Assembly (NCBI GenBank): GCA_044892525.1
Contig: CM097886.1
Location: 60,016,001-60,080,000, forward strand
Direction of reading: 5' to 3'
Source: Schmidtea polychroa
Lineage: Eukaryota
DNA: 64,000 nucleotides
The notes below the pieces were generated by a model. The model was not told where the DNA came from and ran no database searches. It saw only the letters and a list, made by a program, of their open reading frames with translations. Positions 1-9,503 of this stretch are shown here, piece after piece. A program made the translations under genes and the position numbers. Each line of letters begins with the position of its first letter. Within the stretch, counting starts at the first letter, position 1.

Positions 1-149
1 TAACAAACGAGTATCGATTGTTCAGAATTGTAATTGGATTTTATTTGGTAAATTTTACTTTCAATAAACCTTTATATACGTCTTTATTTGTTTTGTTATA
101 TATATAAGAACCAGTAAGTTGAGTGTTCCCGAATATCGAGACCTCAACA
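1..149 (+). repeat. 5' LTR, 3' part only (R/U5)
   Basis: Matches 12564-12712 and 25127-25275; ends ...CCTCAACA just before the PBS. Confidence 0.95.
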
Positions 150-151
150 TT

Positions 152-169
152 TGGTGCCGCGAACCGGGA
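152..169 (+). promoter_or_regulatory. Primer-binding site, probably tRNA-Phe (His less likely)
   Basis: TGGTGCCGCGAACCGGGA, 2 nt after the LTR-terminal CA. Reverse complement TCCCGGTTCGCGGCACCA has the CCA end and resembles animal tRNA-Phe 3' ends as I recall them. Confidence 0.8.
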
Positions 170-367
170 CTTTAAAATTAATTATTGTTATTCACAATTT
201 GGGGGATAGGAATTGAGATCAGAGGGTATAGTATTTTATATTGGGAAAATATATTTATAAAAATAATATCATTGATCAATTTTTAAAATTATTAAATAAT
301 TCAAAAAGATAAAATAGATAATCAACCCGAAATAGTTTATAATCTCAGAAATAGAATAGTCTATAGG

Positions 368-3300
368 ATGAATAATAATAATAATTACATAAAAATTTTA
401 CCAGTAGAACCATATAGAGGAGAGCCTGAAAAGTTCGACGATTTTTTCACTGAGATCGCTCAGTATGCAGAAGCTTGTGGTTGGACACCTGATGAATTAA
501 AAATGAGAATCCCATTATACTTAAAAGGTTATGCGTTACAGGCATACAATAACTTAGAATGTAAAGGGAATAATTTTGATCAACTCGTAAGATATCTGAG
601 AGCAGAAATAGTAATCGATAGCGATTTACAAAAGATAAATGTTCAAAAATTTAGAAACAGATATCAAGGTACTAGAGAATCAGTTGGTGAATATGTATAT
701 ACGATTACGGAGTTAGCGAAAAAGGCATTTGGTGCGGGCGAGCACACAGCAAAGTTAATTGAGGATCAGTTTTGGAATGGTATACAAAAATATTTATATA
801 AAGCATTAATTATGGTAGAATATGGTAATTTAAATGAATTAGTTCATAAAGCTAAACGTATAGAAGGAATACAACGAGATAGATTTAGTTCACATGTAGA
901 TGCAATGGAAATTCAAAAACCCATCGAGGTAAAATCTGAGTTGGGTAAGTCAGATGACAACATTCCCTGGGAGGAGATGAAGCAACTATATTTAAACTTT
1001 GTAAAAAATAGACGAAGGGTAAGCCCGAGTCCGGATAGAAGTCAATCGCCTGAAAACAGGAGGAGGTTTGATAATGTGAGAAACAGAAACTTTGAGAATA
1101 GAAACAATAGAAACACTTTTGATAGAGATAATCGATACGAATACAATAGAAATAATTATACGAGAGATAATCGAGTCGATTTTAGTAGAAATAATTTGAG
1201 AAATAATAAATATGATAGAAGTAATAGATATGATAATAGAGATAATACAAATGATTTGAGACGTAGACAGACAAGTCCATATAGACAGAATTCATATAGA
1301 GAAAGGCGAGGAAGCCCTTATAATAATGATGGTAGAGATAAAGTAAATTTTAATGGACAAATCAAATGTTATAATTGCCAAAAATATGGTCACTTAGCTA
1401 AAGTATGTAACAATGCGCGAAGCGAATCGCCTAATAGAGTGAGATTTAAAAATGAGCCTGAGATAAAACAAATTAATAGTGCTGAGTTGATATCAGCTAA
1501 TGAGGAAATAAACAGTTTGAGAGAGGAATTAAAAGAATTTAAAACTCAATATGGGAGACTTATTGAGAGAAAGTTAGAAATGTCATTAAATGAGTTTCAG
1601 TGTTTTACTAATGATGTAGATATAGATAATGATGAGTTTCGTGAAGCAAGAGAAGCGGATGAGAAATTTCTTGCAGAAGCAAATAGATGTAAAGAATTAA
1701 AAGAGGAATTGAAAGAGACATTAGAGAAATGGCCTTATGATGACAATGAGACATTGCGTATAATAAATAGAGTTCAAGTCGAAGGGATTGACTTAGAATA
1801 TTTGAGAAATTTGATACCACTAATGGTAAAGAGGCAAAATATGACAAGAGTATTTGAACTAGAAATAGAATTGAAAGAAATGATAAAGTGTTATGGTGAA
1901 TTTGTGAGAAAAAATCAGAAATTACATGAGTCATTGAATATAACTATTGAGGCAAAAGACCTTTCGAGAATACTTATGCGTAGTACAGGGGTACATGTTT
2001 GCACAAAAGTGAATAAAGTGAAACAGATGGCCAGAGCAAATTGGCCCGAAAAATTGGGAGATAATGATAAAGTGAAACTGTATTTTAACGGCGTAGAAAT
2101 GATGAATAATGAATATATAATTGACTATGGAGTAAACGTCATTGATAACAATATTATTTCTGCAGTAATAGAAAGGCAAGAAAGTAAACAAGTGGATACA
2201 CCAACTCCATCAGTAGAATTGAGTATAAACGATGCAAATGACTACGACAAATTATTTAGATTGTGGGATGCTTCTTCAGGAGGGGCAATGAGGTCACCAA
2301 CAGCTAGCGAGGAAATCTTTAAACCTATTGATACTAAATATGATAATTTACATGAGACAATAGAAAAAATTGCGAAACAAGCAAATATGCAGGACGCAGA
2401 GACGATGAGACGAGGTAGAGGAAGGCCTCGAAAATCGGAAATAGCCGAAAAGTCAGATGACAGAAAGGCAGCAGAGCGTTTAAGAGATATTGCAAATAAT
2501 ATGAGACAGGAAGTTCCAAAAAATCAGGATAATGACAAAGATATAAAGATGATAACTGAGTTAGTTAAAGCAATGAATATGAGACGATTTCCGGAAGCAA
2601 AACCATCAGCGTTAATAGAAAATATAGTTAAAAAGATTAAATTAATGGAAAAAGAGATTAGAGAATTGAGTGCAGAGGAAGCAAATGAAGAGACAGTGTT
2701 AAAGATATTATTTACAACAGGAGTTAATCGAGATAAAGTGATTACGGCAATGGCATATTTAATAGCAAGATATAAGAAACTTTTGCGATTGAATCCAAAG
2801 AATCAAATAGAAAATATCGCTAAAATGATATATAATAAATTAAAGATAGATGCTATGCCATGGATAAAATTAAAGGGAGGATGGAAAATACTGTATGATG
2901 AGAGTCTAATAGAAAGTGCTCAGGAAAGCGTTGAAGATAATATTAATGTAGAAGTAGATGATACGGAGGAGACAGTAAAAAATCTAGTAAATAAAACAAC
3001 TATGAGACCGAGTCAAAAAGAAAGAAAGTCGACAATGTCAATAGTAATTATAGTAATAACGTTATTGTTAGATCTGATAAAAGGAAATAATGCGATCATA
3101 GCGTATGACTGTCAGAATCCTAAGTGGGGACAGAAATATTCATTATTAGATGTAGAAAATTGCCCAGAGGCTAATCCAACAAAACTAATTGTTGCAGATC
3201 CAAAGATTTTTCACATATATCAAGAGTCTGACTTCATTCACACTGAGGCAGGAGAATGTATCGTTAAATATTCAGAGGAAAGTTTTGTATGTAATAAAAT

Positions 3301-6300
3301 AGCGAGAACAATATTAACTCCAACATGGGCACCAGAAGCGATAATAATAGCACCAATCGAATGTGAAAATGCATTTAAGACAAAAAAGATAAAAACGCCA
3401 GATGGATTTGAGTTAAATGCTCAGATAGGAGCACGAGTAAGGCAATTAGTAAATGTCGTTGGATGGTCATCAACAGGAGGATATTGTGAAGGAGGAACGT
3501 ATAAAATATGGGGACATGTAGCAGACAATATTGTAGTAAGACGACAATATTATATTGAATTAAGGAAATTCAAGGCGTCATTTGATAGTTCATCAAAGAA
3601 AATGATGACACATAAGTTCTGCACATTAGATGAGACAAGCTGTGATACAGGCGAGTCAATGATCATATACAAAGTAAATAAATATGAATGCCATCTAACT
3701 AAACTAAAGACATTGAAATTCAGAACAATACGAGGTAAACAGTTTACGGATATGGAATCCAAAAACATTAAAGATCAAAAACGACGAGCAACGATAATTC
3801 AAGAGAGAGATACACCAACGATATACATGTCAGATTCTGAAACAGAAGCGATGAGATTCGTGGGGAAAGGTGAAAGTATCAAATGCGGAAAAGCAGTTAT
3901 ACAAACAAATTATGAAGGAATTTATATCAGCGGAAGTGAAATTAAAGAGGCAAAATCGAAAATAGATAAATTCGATGTCAAGCTAGCGTCATATTTTAAT
4001 AATAAAATCGACTACTTTTATCATCATCAGTTAGTACAATTGGACAAAGTATATCAAGCAACTATTGCAAACGATTGTAAACTTAACAGAGAAATATTAA
4101 GAACAAAGATGGCGGTTGCAGTCACAAACCCAGATTTGATGGCACCAATTTTATTTGCAGAAAAAGGGACATTTGCAAGAGTTGTCGGTGAAGTGATACA
4201 AACATTTCAGTGTAAACCGGTTAGCGTATCGTTAGCAACGAATAATAAGTGCACAAACGAATTGCCAGTAGTGTATAAAGGAGAAACTGTATACCTCCAA
4301 CCAATAACAAGGATATTAACAGATAAAGACTATGTTCCGAGAAAAATTGATAAATGTACTAATCTATTAGATCCATTATACAAAATAAATGATGATATGT
4401 GGATTACAATGTCAGATAGAAAAGAAGCGACTAAACCACAAAAACTAGAACTAACTGAACTTGAGAAAAAGTTAGAATTTCAGGAAGTCAACGAAATGGA
4501 TAACAATGGGATGTATACGAGAGAGGCGATAGAGAGCGCCAGAAAACATATGTTATTTCCTCATGAAAAAGAAAAAGTTCTTTCCATCATGGTAAACAAA
4601 ATCATCGAAAATAGTTATGGAGGAAATTACAACTTTGATGTATTATTATCAAAAGAGCACTTCAAGAAAGTTGTGTATAGAGTATTATACAGCATATGGG
4701 GATATTTTGCGATTCTCGGAAATACGTTTTCCACTATATTGGGTATATATTATACAGTAGCACTATTGAAAATGATTTGCTCATCATTAGTTTCGTTAAG
4801 ACAACTGAGACAAGTTTTTGGTAATTCATATAAAATGATAGCATGTTTATGTCCATTCATAGCCAAATATTTGATCACTGCGAGGCACGATAAGGAAATC
4901 AAACGGATGAAAAGTCGAAGGGAAGAAGGTGAAATAATGATCACCAATGAGAAAGAGGACGATACAAACAGATCAGAAAATACTGAGCAACCACATATTG
5001 GGTTATATGATAATCAAAGAGAACAATTGACAGAATTAAGAAATAATATTGAAATAAGAATCCCAGGTGAAAATGGTAATTGTCATTGTGTTCCAAGGAA
5101 AACTTATGGATGTTACGGGTTAGAACTTGACGATATATTAGAAGGGTTAAATGAAGCAAGGCCTAAATTACAAATAGTGATAAATGATACGATAATAAAG
5201 GCATTATGTGACACAGGAGCAGCAGCTTCTATGATTCGTGAAGATCAGTTAACCGGAAACCAAAAGAAAAATATTGTGAGCACAAGAGATAGAGTAATTT
5301 CATTATCATCACATTACATACCATTAAAAGGAGATATCGAATTAACAGTCCACTTTTCGGATCAAGTGGTTGAACATGTCTTCAAGGTAGTAGCAGAATG
5401 TAAATGCGTATGTGTCCTTGGGATGGACATACTCAAAAAGTTAAAAAACTGTGTAATCGATTTAACGGATAGTACAGTCAAACGGAAGGCAATATATCAA
5501 GACGCAAGATTTACTGAGGTAATTGCATTAGAGACATTTGAACTAGAGTATCAAAGTGATCATATAATTCCAGTAAAAGTTAATGTTAAAAGTGCGGACA
5601 CTTTCATTTTCGAGCCTGAAACGGCAATATCACGAAATCATAACGTAATGTTAACAGACGAGTGTGTAATTCCAAATAATGGGATAATTCCAATAAGAAT
5701 CGCGAATTACGAAAGAAATAAAGTAAAAATTCATAAAGGTACAAAATTGGGAAAGTTGTTCAAAGGTGAATTAGAGCAAACATTTGAAGTATGTGAGATG
5801 TCGATGACGAAGGATGTCAGTGAAAGAATGGTCGAACAGAGTAGAGCGAATAATATCAAATTTTATGATAAAATTAAAATAAATAATAATTATCTAAATG
5901 AAACACAACAACTACAACTACAAATATTACTTGACGAATACAGTGATGTTTTTGCAAAACACGAATTTGATTTAGGAGATACTGACATTATCAAACATGT
6001 AATCGATACAGGGAATGCTAGACCAATAAAACAGAGACCCTATAGTGTACCATATAAACTGAGGGAGGAAATAAAACGACAAATTAAAGAATTAAAAGAG
6101 GCAGGCGTAATAAAACAAAGTTTTTCACAATGGGCATCACCTATCGTACCAGTTAGAAAGAAAGACGGGGAAATTCGAATGTGCATTGATTATCGTAAAT
6201 TAAATGATGTAACAGTAAAAGACTCATACCCATTCCCAAAAGCACAAGAACAATATGATAAACTTAGAGATACTAAATATTTCACAGTAATAGATGCAAA

Positions 6301-9300
6301 TAAAGGCTACATGCAAATTCAAATGGAAGAGGGGGATGCGGAAAAGACAGCTTTTGTGATAGAAGACGGTTTATATGAATATACAAGATTACCTTTTGGG
6401 TTAACTAATGCGCCAGCAACATTTCAACGATTAATGAATACAGTATTAGTAGACGTACAACATTGCGCAGTATATATGGATGATATATTAATTTCATCAA
6501 AAACATTTGAGGAACATCTAAAAGATATAGCTAACGTGCTAGAAAGATTAAGAAAAGCAAAAATCAAAATAAAACCCACTAAGTGTAAATGGGCAGAACC
6601 TTCAGCATTATTCTTAGGACATATAGTTACAGTAGATGGTATAATACCTAATCCCGATAAAATTGAAGTAGTTAAAAAATTCCCAGTTCCAAAAACATTA
6701 CAACAAGTACAGGGATTTTTAGGTCTCACAGGATATTATCGTAAATTCATACAAGATTATGCAAAAATAGCAGCACCACTAATTGAGTTAACAAAAGGAG
6801 TCAAGACAAAGGGAGAGAGTAAAGGAGTGTTAATAGTACAAGAGATTAACGATAAAATTAACAAGCCACAAAAGAGATGGAAAGATGAACACCAAAAAGC
6901 TTTTGATCAACTAAAAGAGAAACTAATAACAGCACCGATACTAAGATACCCTGATTTTAAAAAACAGTTCATTGTCATGACAGACGCCAGCGGGAAGGCC
7001 GTAGGGGCAGTCTTAGGACAAGAAGAGGAAAAGGGTAAAGATTATGTAATAGCTTATGCAAGCAAAACATTAAAAGGAGCACAGATTAGGTACTCAACAA
7101 TTGAGAAAGAATGTTATGCTATAGTTTTTGCATTAAAACAATTTAAACCATACATATATGGAACTGAAGTAGTAATTAGAACAGACCATAAGCCATTAGA
7201 AGGGTTGTGGAAACATAAAGATACATCCAGTAGACTGTTAAAATGGGCAATGAAAATACAAGACATGCACATAAAGATTGCATATAAACCAGGTAGAATA
7301 AACAGGAATGCAGATGCATTATCACGAATTCCAGAGTTAGGAGCACTAGAAGTTTTTGCATTAGTAACCGAAAAACCAATAGAAATATATGAGGAACAAA
7401 TGAAAGATCCAGAACTCTTCAAGATAAGAGAAGAAATAAAAAAGGGAACTAACCAAAAGTATAAAATCTGTAAGGAGTTAATTGTTATTGAGGATTTTAG
7501 CGGTAAACAATTAATAGTAGTACCACAAAGATTAAGACAAATTCTTCTGTTACAATACCACGATGGTGCTTTAGGAGGTCATTTATCAAGTAGGAAAACA
7601 GCAAGCAGATTGATGCAAAAATATTATTGGGACGATTTGAAAAAGGATGTCAAGAGATGGTGTAATGCATGCACAATATGCGCAACTAGAAAAAATACAG
7701 GAACAAAAACTAAAGCACCTTTACATCCAATCCCAGCTACAACATCACCAATGGAATTGTGCGCAATGGATTTTTTGTGTAAACTACCCACAACAATTAA
7801 GGGGAATAAGCACATACTAGTTTTTAGCGATTATTTTACAAAATGGGCAGAGGCATTTCCTACAAAAGATGAAACAGCAGAAACAGTAGCTAAATTACTT
7901 GTAGAAAAAATAATCTTTAAAATCGGTACACCGAGAAAATTATTAACAGATAAAGGGAAAAATTTCATGAGTGAAACTATAAAAAGAGTAGCTAACATAT
8001 TTAACATGCATAAAATCAACACAACAGCATACCACCCTCAGACCGATGGTTTAGTAGAGAGATTCAATGGGACATTGCTAAGTAGATTAGCTGTGTTTGT
8101 GGGAAAAAACCAAAATGATTGGGATGAATACGTTAATCAATGTACATACATTCATAATATCACACCAAATGAGACAACGGGATATTCACCATATTTTCTA
8201 ATGTTCTTAAGAGAGCCTGCGACACCGATTGATACAATTTTTGAGCCTCGAGTATCACAATATTTAGATGCGCTAGATTATGTAACATTAATGCAAGAGA
8301 GATTACAAGAGGTATACAAGGTTGCAAATTTAAAAGTTAAATTCAGACAAGAACAATATAAAGCAGATTACGATAAAAATAGCAAACCTCATAATTTTAA
8401 AGTGGGAGATAAGGTTAGACTTATGTCTCCACAAGTAGGAAAAGGCAAAACAACTAAATTAGCAAGACCATTTAAAGGACCATACGAGGTAGTAAAAGTA
8501 ATACATGAAAACCTGCATTTACAAAAACATAAAAATGAGGATCCTATAATAGTACATGTTAACAGATGCAAATTAGCAGAAACAGAGTTAGTAGAAAAAC
8601 CACCTCACAAATATGGATTACGATCACAAAAAGCACTGATGATGGCAGCGACATTTTTAACAATTATAGGGTTGGGTAAATCAACTGAAGTAGAAAACGA
8701 GAACATACACTCAGTAGAATACATGGCTGAAGATATTTTAATCAACATTTCACCATATAAAATTAGAGTATATAACTTAAATAAATCACCAATAAGAGAC
8801 TTATATCTGGAAACTAGGGATAATATACCCAAACTTATGAAAAAAATTGAAAATAGATCAACTAATGAATTTGAAAGAAGGGATAATGTTGAATTCGGAA
8901 ATCTACAACCCAACACTAATTACACACTTTGTGCACAATGGAATACATTAGTTGACACATCACAGATAAGGTGCAAAAGACTAAAAACTATTAAAATAAA
9001 CAGACTTAGAATAAAAAAACCAAAAAAGAAAAGGGTATCAACATCCAGAAAAACAATTACTATAAATTCAACACCCACACATCCTATATCACAAACGATA
9101 ACGAATATATATAGGAAAACGACATTTAAAGCGGTTAGACAAATATATAAAAAATTAATAATGAAAAATCCAGGACAGTCTGATAGGAAACTGATAAGAC
9201 TACCTACAGGAAAACCGATAGTTATAAATAACTGGAATGAATTACAAGTATTTCAAAAGAAAGCAAGTAGACCACAATGGCCTTTTTATGTAATAGCTAC

Positions 9301-9469
9301 AAGTGTAGTATCATTCGCGATTTTAGCAATTGTCACTAGTATACAAGTTTATAAAAAGTACAAGTGGAAAAGGCAGCGGTATCGGCACCGACTGGTCAAA
9401 GAAGCACCAGGGCATTTTCACTTGGACAAATATATCCCTGGACAATATACTCTGTCCACACTGGTATAA
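368..9469 (+). CDS. Intact 3033-aa Gag-Env-Pro-RT-RNaseH-IN-FN3/TM polyprotein (copy 1)
   Basis: Single ORF. Gag-like N-terminus; CYNCQKYGHLAKVC knuckle (1367-1408); Env (3035-~4900); LCDTGA (D at 5210); WASPIV/IDYRKLN/YMDD (6473-6484); TDAS (D at 6983); integrase HHCC (H at 7559), MDF (D at 7769), GPY (8477); C-terminal signal/FN3/TM module. Confidence 0.96.
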   Translation: MNNNNNYIKILPVEPYRGEPEKFDDFFTEIAQYAEACGWTPDELKMRIPLYLKGYALQAYNNLECKGNNFDQLVRYLRAEIVIDSDLQKINVQKFRNRYQGTRESVGEYVYTITELAKKAFGAGEHTAKLIEDQFWNGIQKYLYKALIMVEYGNLNELVHKAKRIEGIQRDRFSSHVDAMEIQKPIEVKSELGKSDDNIPWEEMKQLYLNFVKNRRRVSPSPDRSQSPENRRRFDNVRNRNFENRNNRNTFDRDNRYEYNRNNYTRDNRVDFSRNNLRNNKYDRSNRYDNRDNTNDLRRRQTSPYRQNSYRERRGSPYNNDGRDKVNFNGQIKCYNCQKYGHLAKVCNNARSESPNRVRFKNEPEIKQINSAELISANEEINSLREELKEFKTQYGRLIERKLEMSLNEFQCFTNDVDIDNDEFREAREADEKFLAEANRCKELKEELKETLEKWPYDDNETLRIINRVQVEGIDLEYLRNLIPLMVKRQNMTRVFELEIELKEMIKCYGEFVRKNQKLHESLNITIEAKDLSRILMRSTGVHVCTKVNKVKQMARANWPEKLGDNDKVKLYFNGVEMMNNEYIIDYGVNVIDNNIISAVIERQESKQVDTPTPSVELSINDANDYDKLFRLWDASSGGAMRSPTASEEIFKPIDTKYDNLHETIEKIAKQANMQDAETMRRGRGRPRKSEIAEKSDDRKAAERLRDIANNMRQEVPKNQDNDKDIKMITELVKAMNMRRFPEAKPSALIENIVKKIKLMEKEIRELSAEEANEETVLKILFTTGVNRDKVITAMAYLIARYKKLLRLNPKNQIENIAKMIYNKLKIDAMPWIKLKGGWKILYDESLIESAQESVEDNINVEVDDTEETVKNLVNKTTMRPSQKERKSTMSIVIIVITLLLDLIKGNNAIIAYDCQNPKWGQKYSLLDVENCPEANPTKLIVADPKIFHIYQESDFIHTEAGECIVKYSEESFVCNKIARTILTPTWAPEAIIIAPIECENAFKTKKIKTPDGFELNAQIGARVRQLVNVVGWSSTGGYCEGGTYKIWGHVADNIVVRRQYYIELRKFKASFDSSSKKMMTHKFCTLDETSCDTGESMIIYKVNKYECHLTKLKTLKFRTIRGKQFTDMESKNIKDQKRRATIIQERDTPTIYMSDSETEAMRFVGKGESIKCGKAVIQTNYEGIYISGSEIKEAKSKIDKFDVKLASYFNNKIDYFYHHQLVQLDKVYQATIANDCKLNREILRTKMAVAVTNPDLMAPILFAEKGTFARVVGEVIQTFQCKPVSVSLATNNKCTNELPVVYKGETVYLQPITRILTDKDYVPRKIDKCTNLLDPLYKINDDMWITMSDRKEATKPQKLELTELEKKLEFQEVNEMDNNGMYTREAIESARKHMLFPHEKEKVLSIMVNKIIENSYGGNYNFDVLLSKEHFKKVVYRVLYSIWGYFAILGNTFSTILGIYYTVALLKMICSSLVSLRQLRQVFGNSYKMIACLCPFIAKYLITARHDKEIKRMKSRREEGEIMITNEKEDDTNRSENTEQPHIGLYDNQREQLTELRNNIEIRIPGENGNCHCVPRKTYGCYGLELDDILEGLNEARPKLQIVINDTIIKALCDTGAAASMIREDQLTGNQKKNIVSTRDRVISLSSHYIPLKGDIELTVHFSDQVVEHVFKVVAECKCVCVLGMDILKKLKNCVIDLTDSTVKRKAIYQDARFTEVIALETFELEYQSDHIIPVKVNVKSADTFIFEPETAISRNHNVMLTDECVIPNNGIIPIRIANYERNKVKIHKGTKLGKLFKGELEQTFEVCEMSMTKDVSERMVEQSRANNIKFYDKIKINNNYLNETQQLQLQILLDEYSDVFAKHEFDLGDTDIIKHVIDTGNARPIKQRPYSVPYKLREEIKRQIKELKEAGVIKQSFSQWASPIVPVRKKDGEIRMCIDYRKLNDVTVKDSYPFPKAQEQYDKLRDTKYFTVIDANKGYMQIQMEEGDAEKTAFVIEDGLYEYTRLPFGLTNAPATFQRLMNTVLVDVQHCAVYMDDILISSKTFEEHLKDIANVLERLRKAKIKIKPTKCKWAEPSALFLGHIVTVDGIIPNPDKIEVVKKFPVPKTLQQVQGFLGLTGYYRKFIQDYAKIAAPLIELTKGVKTKGESKGVLIVQEINDKINKPQKRWKDEHQKAFDQLKEKLITAPILRYPDFKKQFIVMTDASGKAVGAVLGQEEEKGKDYVIAYASKTLKGAQIRYSTIEKECYAIVFALKQFKPYIYGTEVVIRTDHKPLEGLWKHKDTSSRLLKWAMKIQDMHIKIAYKPGRINRNADALSRIPELGALEVFALVTEKPIEIYEEQMKDPELFKIREEIKKGTNQKYKICKELIVIEDFSGKQLIVVPQRLRQILLLQYHDGALGGHLSSRKTASRLMQKYYWDDLKKDVKRWCNACTICATRKNTGTKTKAPLHPIPATTSPMELCAMDFLCKLPTTIKGNKHILVFSDYFTKWAEAFPTKDETAETVAKLLVEKIIFKIGTPRKLLTDKGKNFMSETIKRVANIFNMHKINTTAYHPQTDGLVERFNGTLLSRLAVFVGKNQNDWDEYVNQCTYIHNITPNETTGYSPYFLMFLREPATPIDTIFEPRVSQYLDALDYVTLMQERLQEVYKVANLKVKFRQEQYKADYDKNSKPHNFKVGDKVRLMSPQVGKGKTTKLARPFKGPYEVVKVIHENLHLQKHKNEDPIIVHVNRCKLAETELVEKPPHKYGLRSQKALMMAATFLTIIGLGKSTEVENENIHSVEYMAEDILINISPYKIRVYNLNKSPIRDLYLETRDNIPKLMKKIENRSTNEFERRDNVEFGNLQPNTNYTLCAQWNTLVDTSQIRCKRLKTIKINRLRIKKPKKKRVSTSRKTITINSTPTHPISQTITNIYRKTTFKAVRQIYKKLIMKNPGQSDRKLIRLPTGKPIVINNWNELQVFQKKASRPQWPFYVIATSVVSFAILAIVTSIQVYKKYKWKRQRYRHRLVKEAPGHFHLDKYIPGQYTLSTLV
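1367..1408 (+). other. CCHC zinc knuckle (nucleocapsid)
   Basis: C-x2-C-x4-H-x4-C: CYNCQKYGHLAKVC, preceded by an Asn/Arg/Asp-rich low-complexity tract. Confidence 0.95.
3035..4884 (+). other. Envelope fusion glycoprotein domain, chuvirus G / herpesvirus gB-like (class III, inferred)
   Basis: Hydrophobic MSIVIIVITLLLDLIKGNNA; AYDC...YSLLDVENC; DCKLNREILRTKMAVAVTNPD...GTFARVVGEVIQTFQCKPVSV...CTNELPVVY...YLQPITRIL; C-terminal TM at 4682-4792. Recognised as the chuvirus-type glycoprotein pattern. Confidence 0.8.
5150..5450 (+). other. Retropepsin aspartic protease
   Basis: IKALCDTGAAAS catalytic motif and downstream CVLGMDIL. Confidence 0.92.
5990..7330 (+). other. Reverse transcriptase, connection and RNase H
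   Basis: PIKQRPY, WASPIVPVRKKDG, MCIDYRKLN, LPFGLTNAPATFQR, YMDDILI, FLGLTGYYRKFI, TDASGKAVGAVL, YSTIEKEC, TDHKPL, NADALSR. Confidence 0.97.
7500..8580 (+). other. DDE integrase with HHCC zinc finger and GPY/F motif
   Basis: HDGALGGH...CNACTIC; CAMDF; LLTDKGKNF; YHPQTDGLVERFN; PFKGPYEVV. No chromodomain seen. Confidence 0.96.
8639..9469 (+). other. Predicted second type-I membrane protein fused after integrase (signal peptide, FN3-like domain, stalk, TM, basic tail)
   Basis: MMAATFLTIIGLGKS; FN3-type motif FGNLQPNTNYTLCAQ (LQP starts at 8903); TM WPFYVIATSVVSFAILAIVTSIQVY (from 9278); tail KKYKWKRQRYRHR. Confidence 0.7.
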
Positions 9470-9503
9470 TAACTTAAAAAATTTTAATTACATAAATTGG
9501 TCA

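Noticed and set aside
9330-9503. 5' extension of ORF2 overlapping the ORF1 end
   Set aside because: The track start is TTG; in a eukaryote the first ATG is at 9504 or later.
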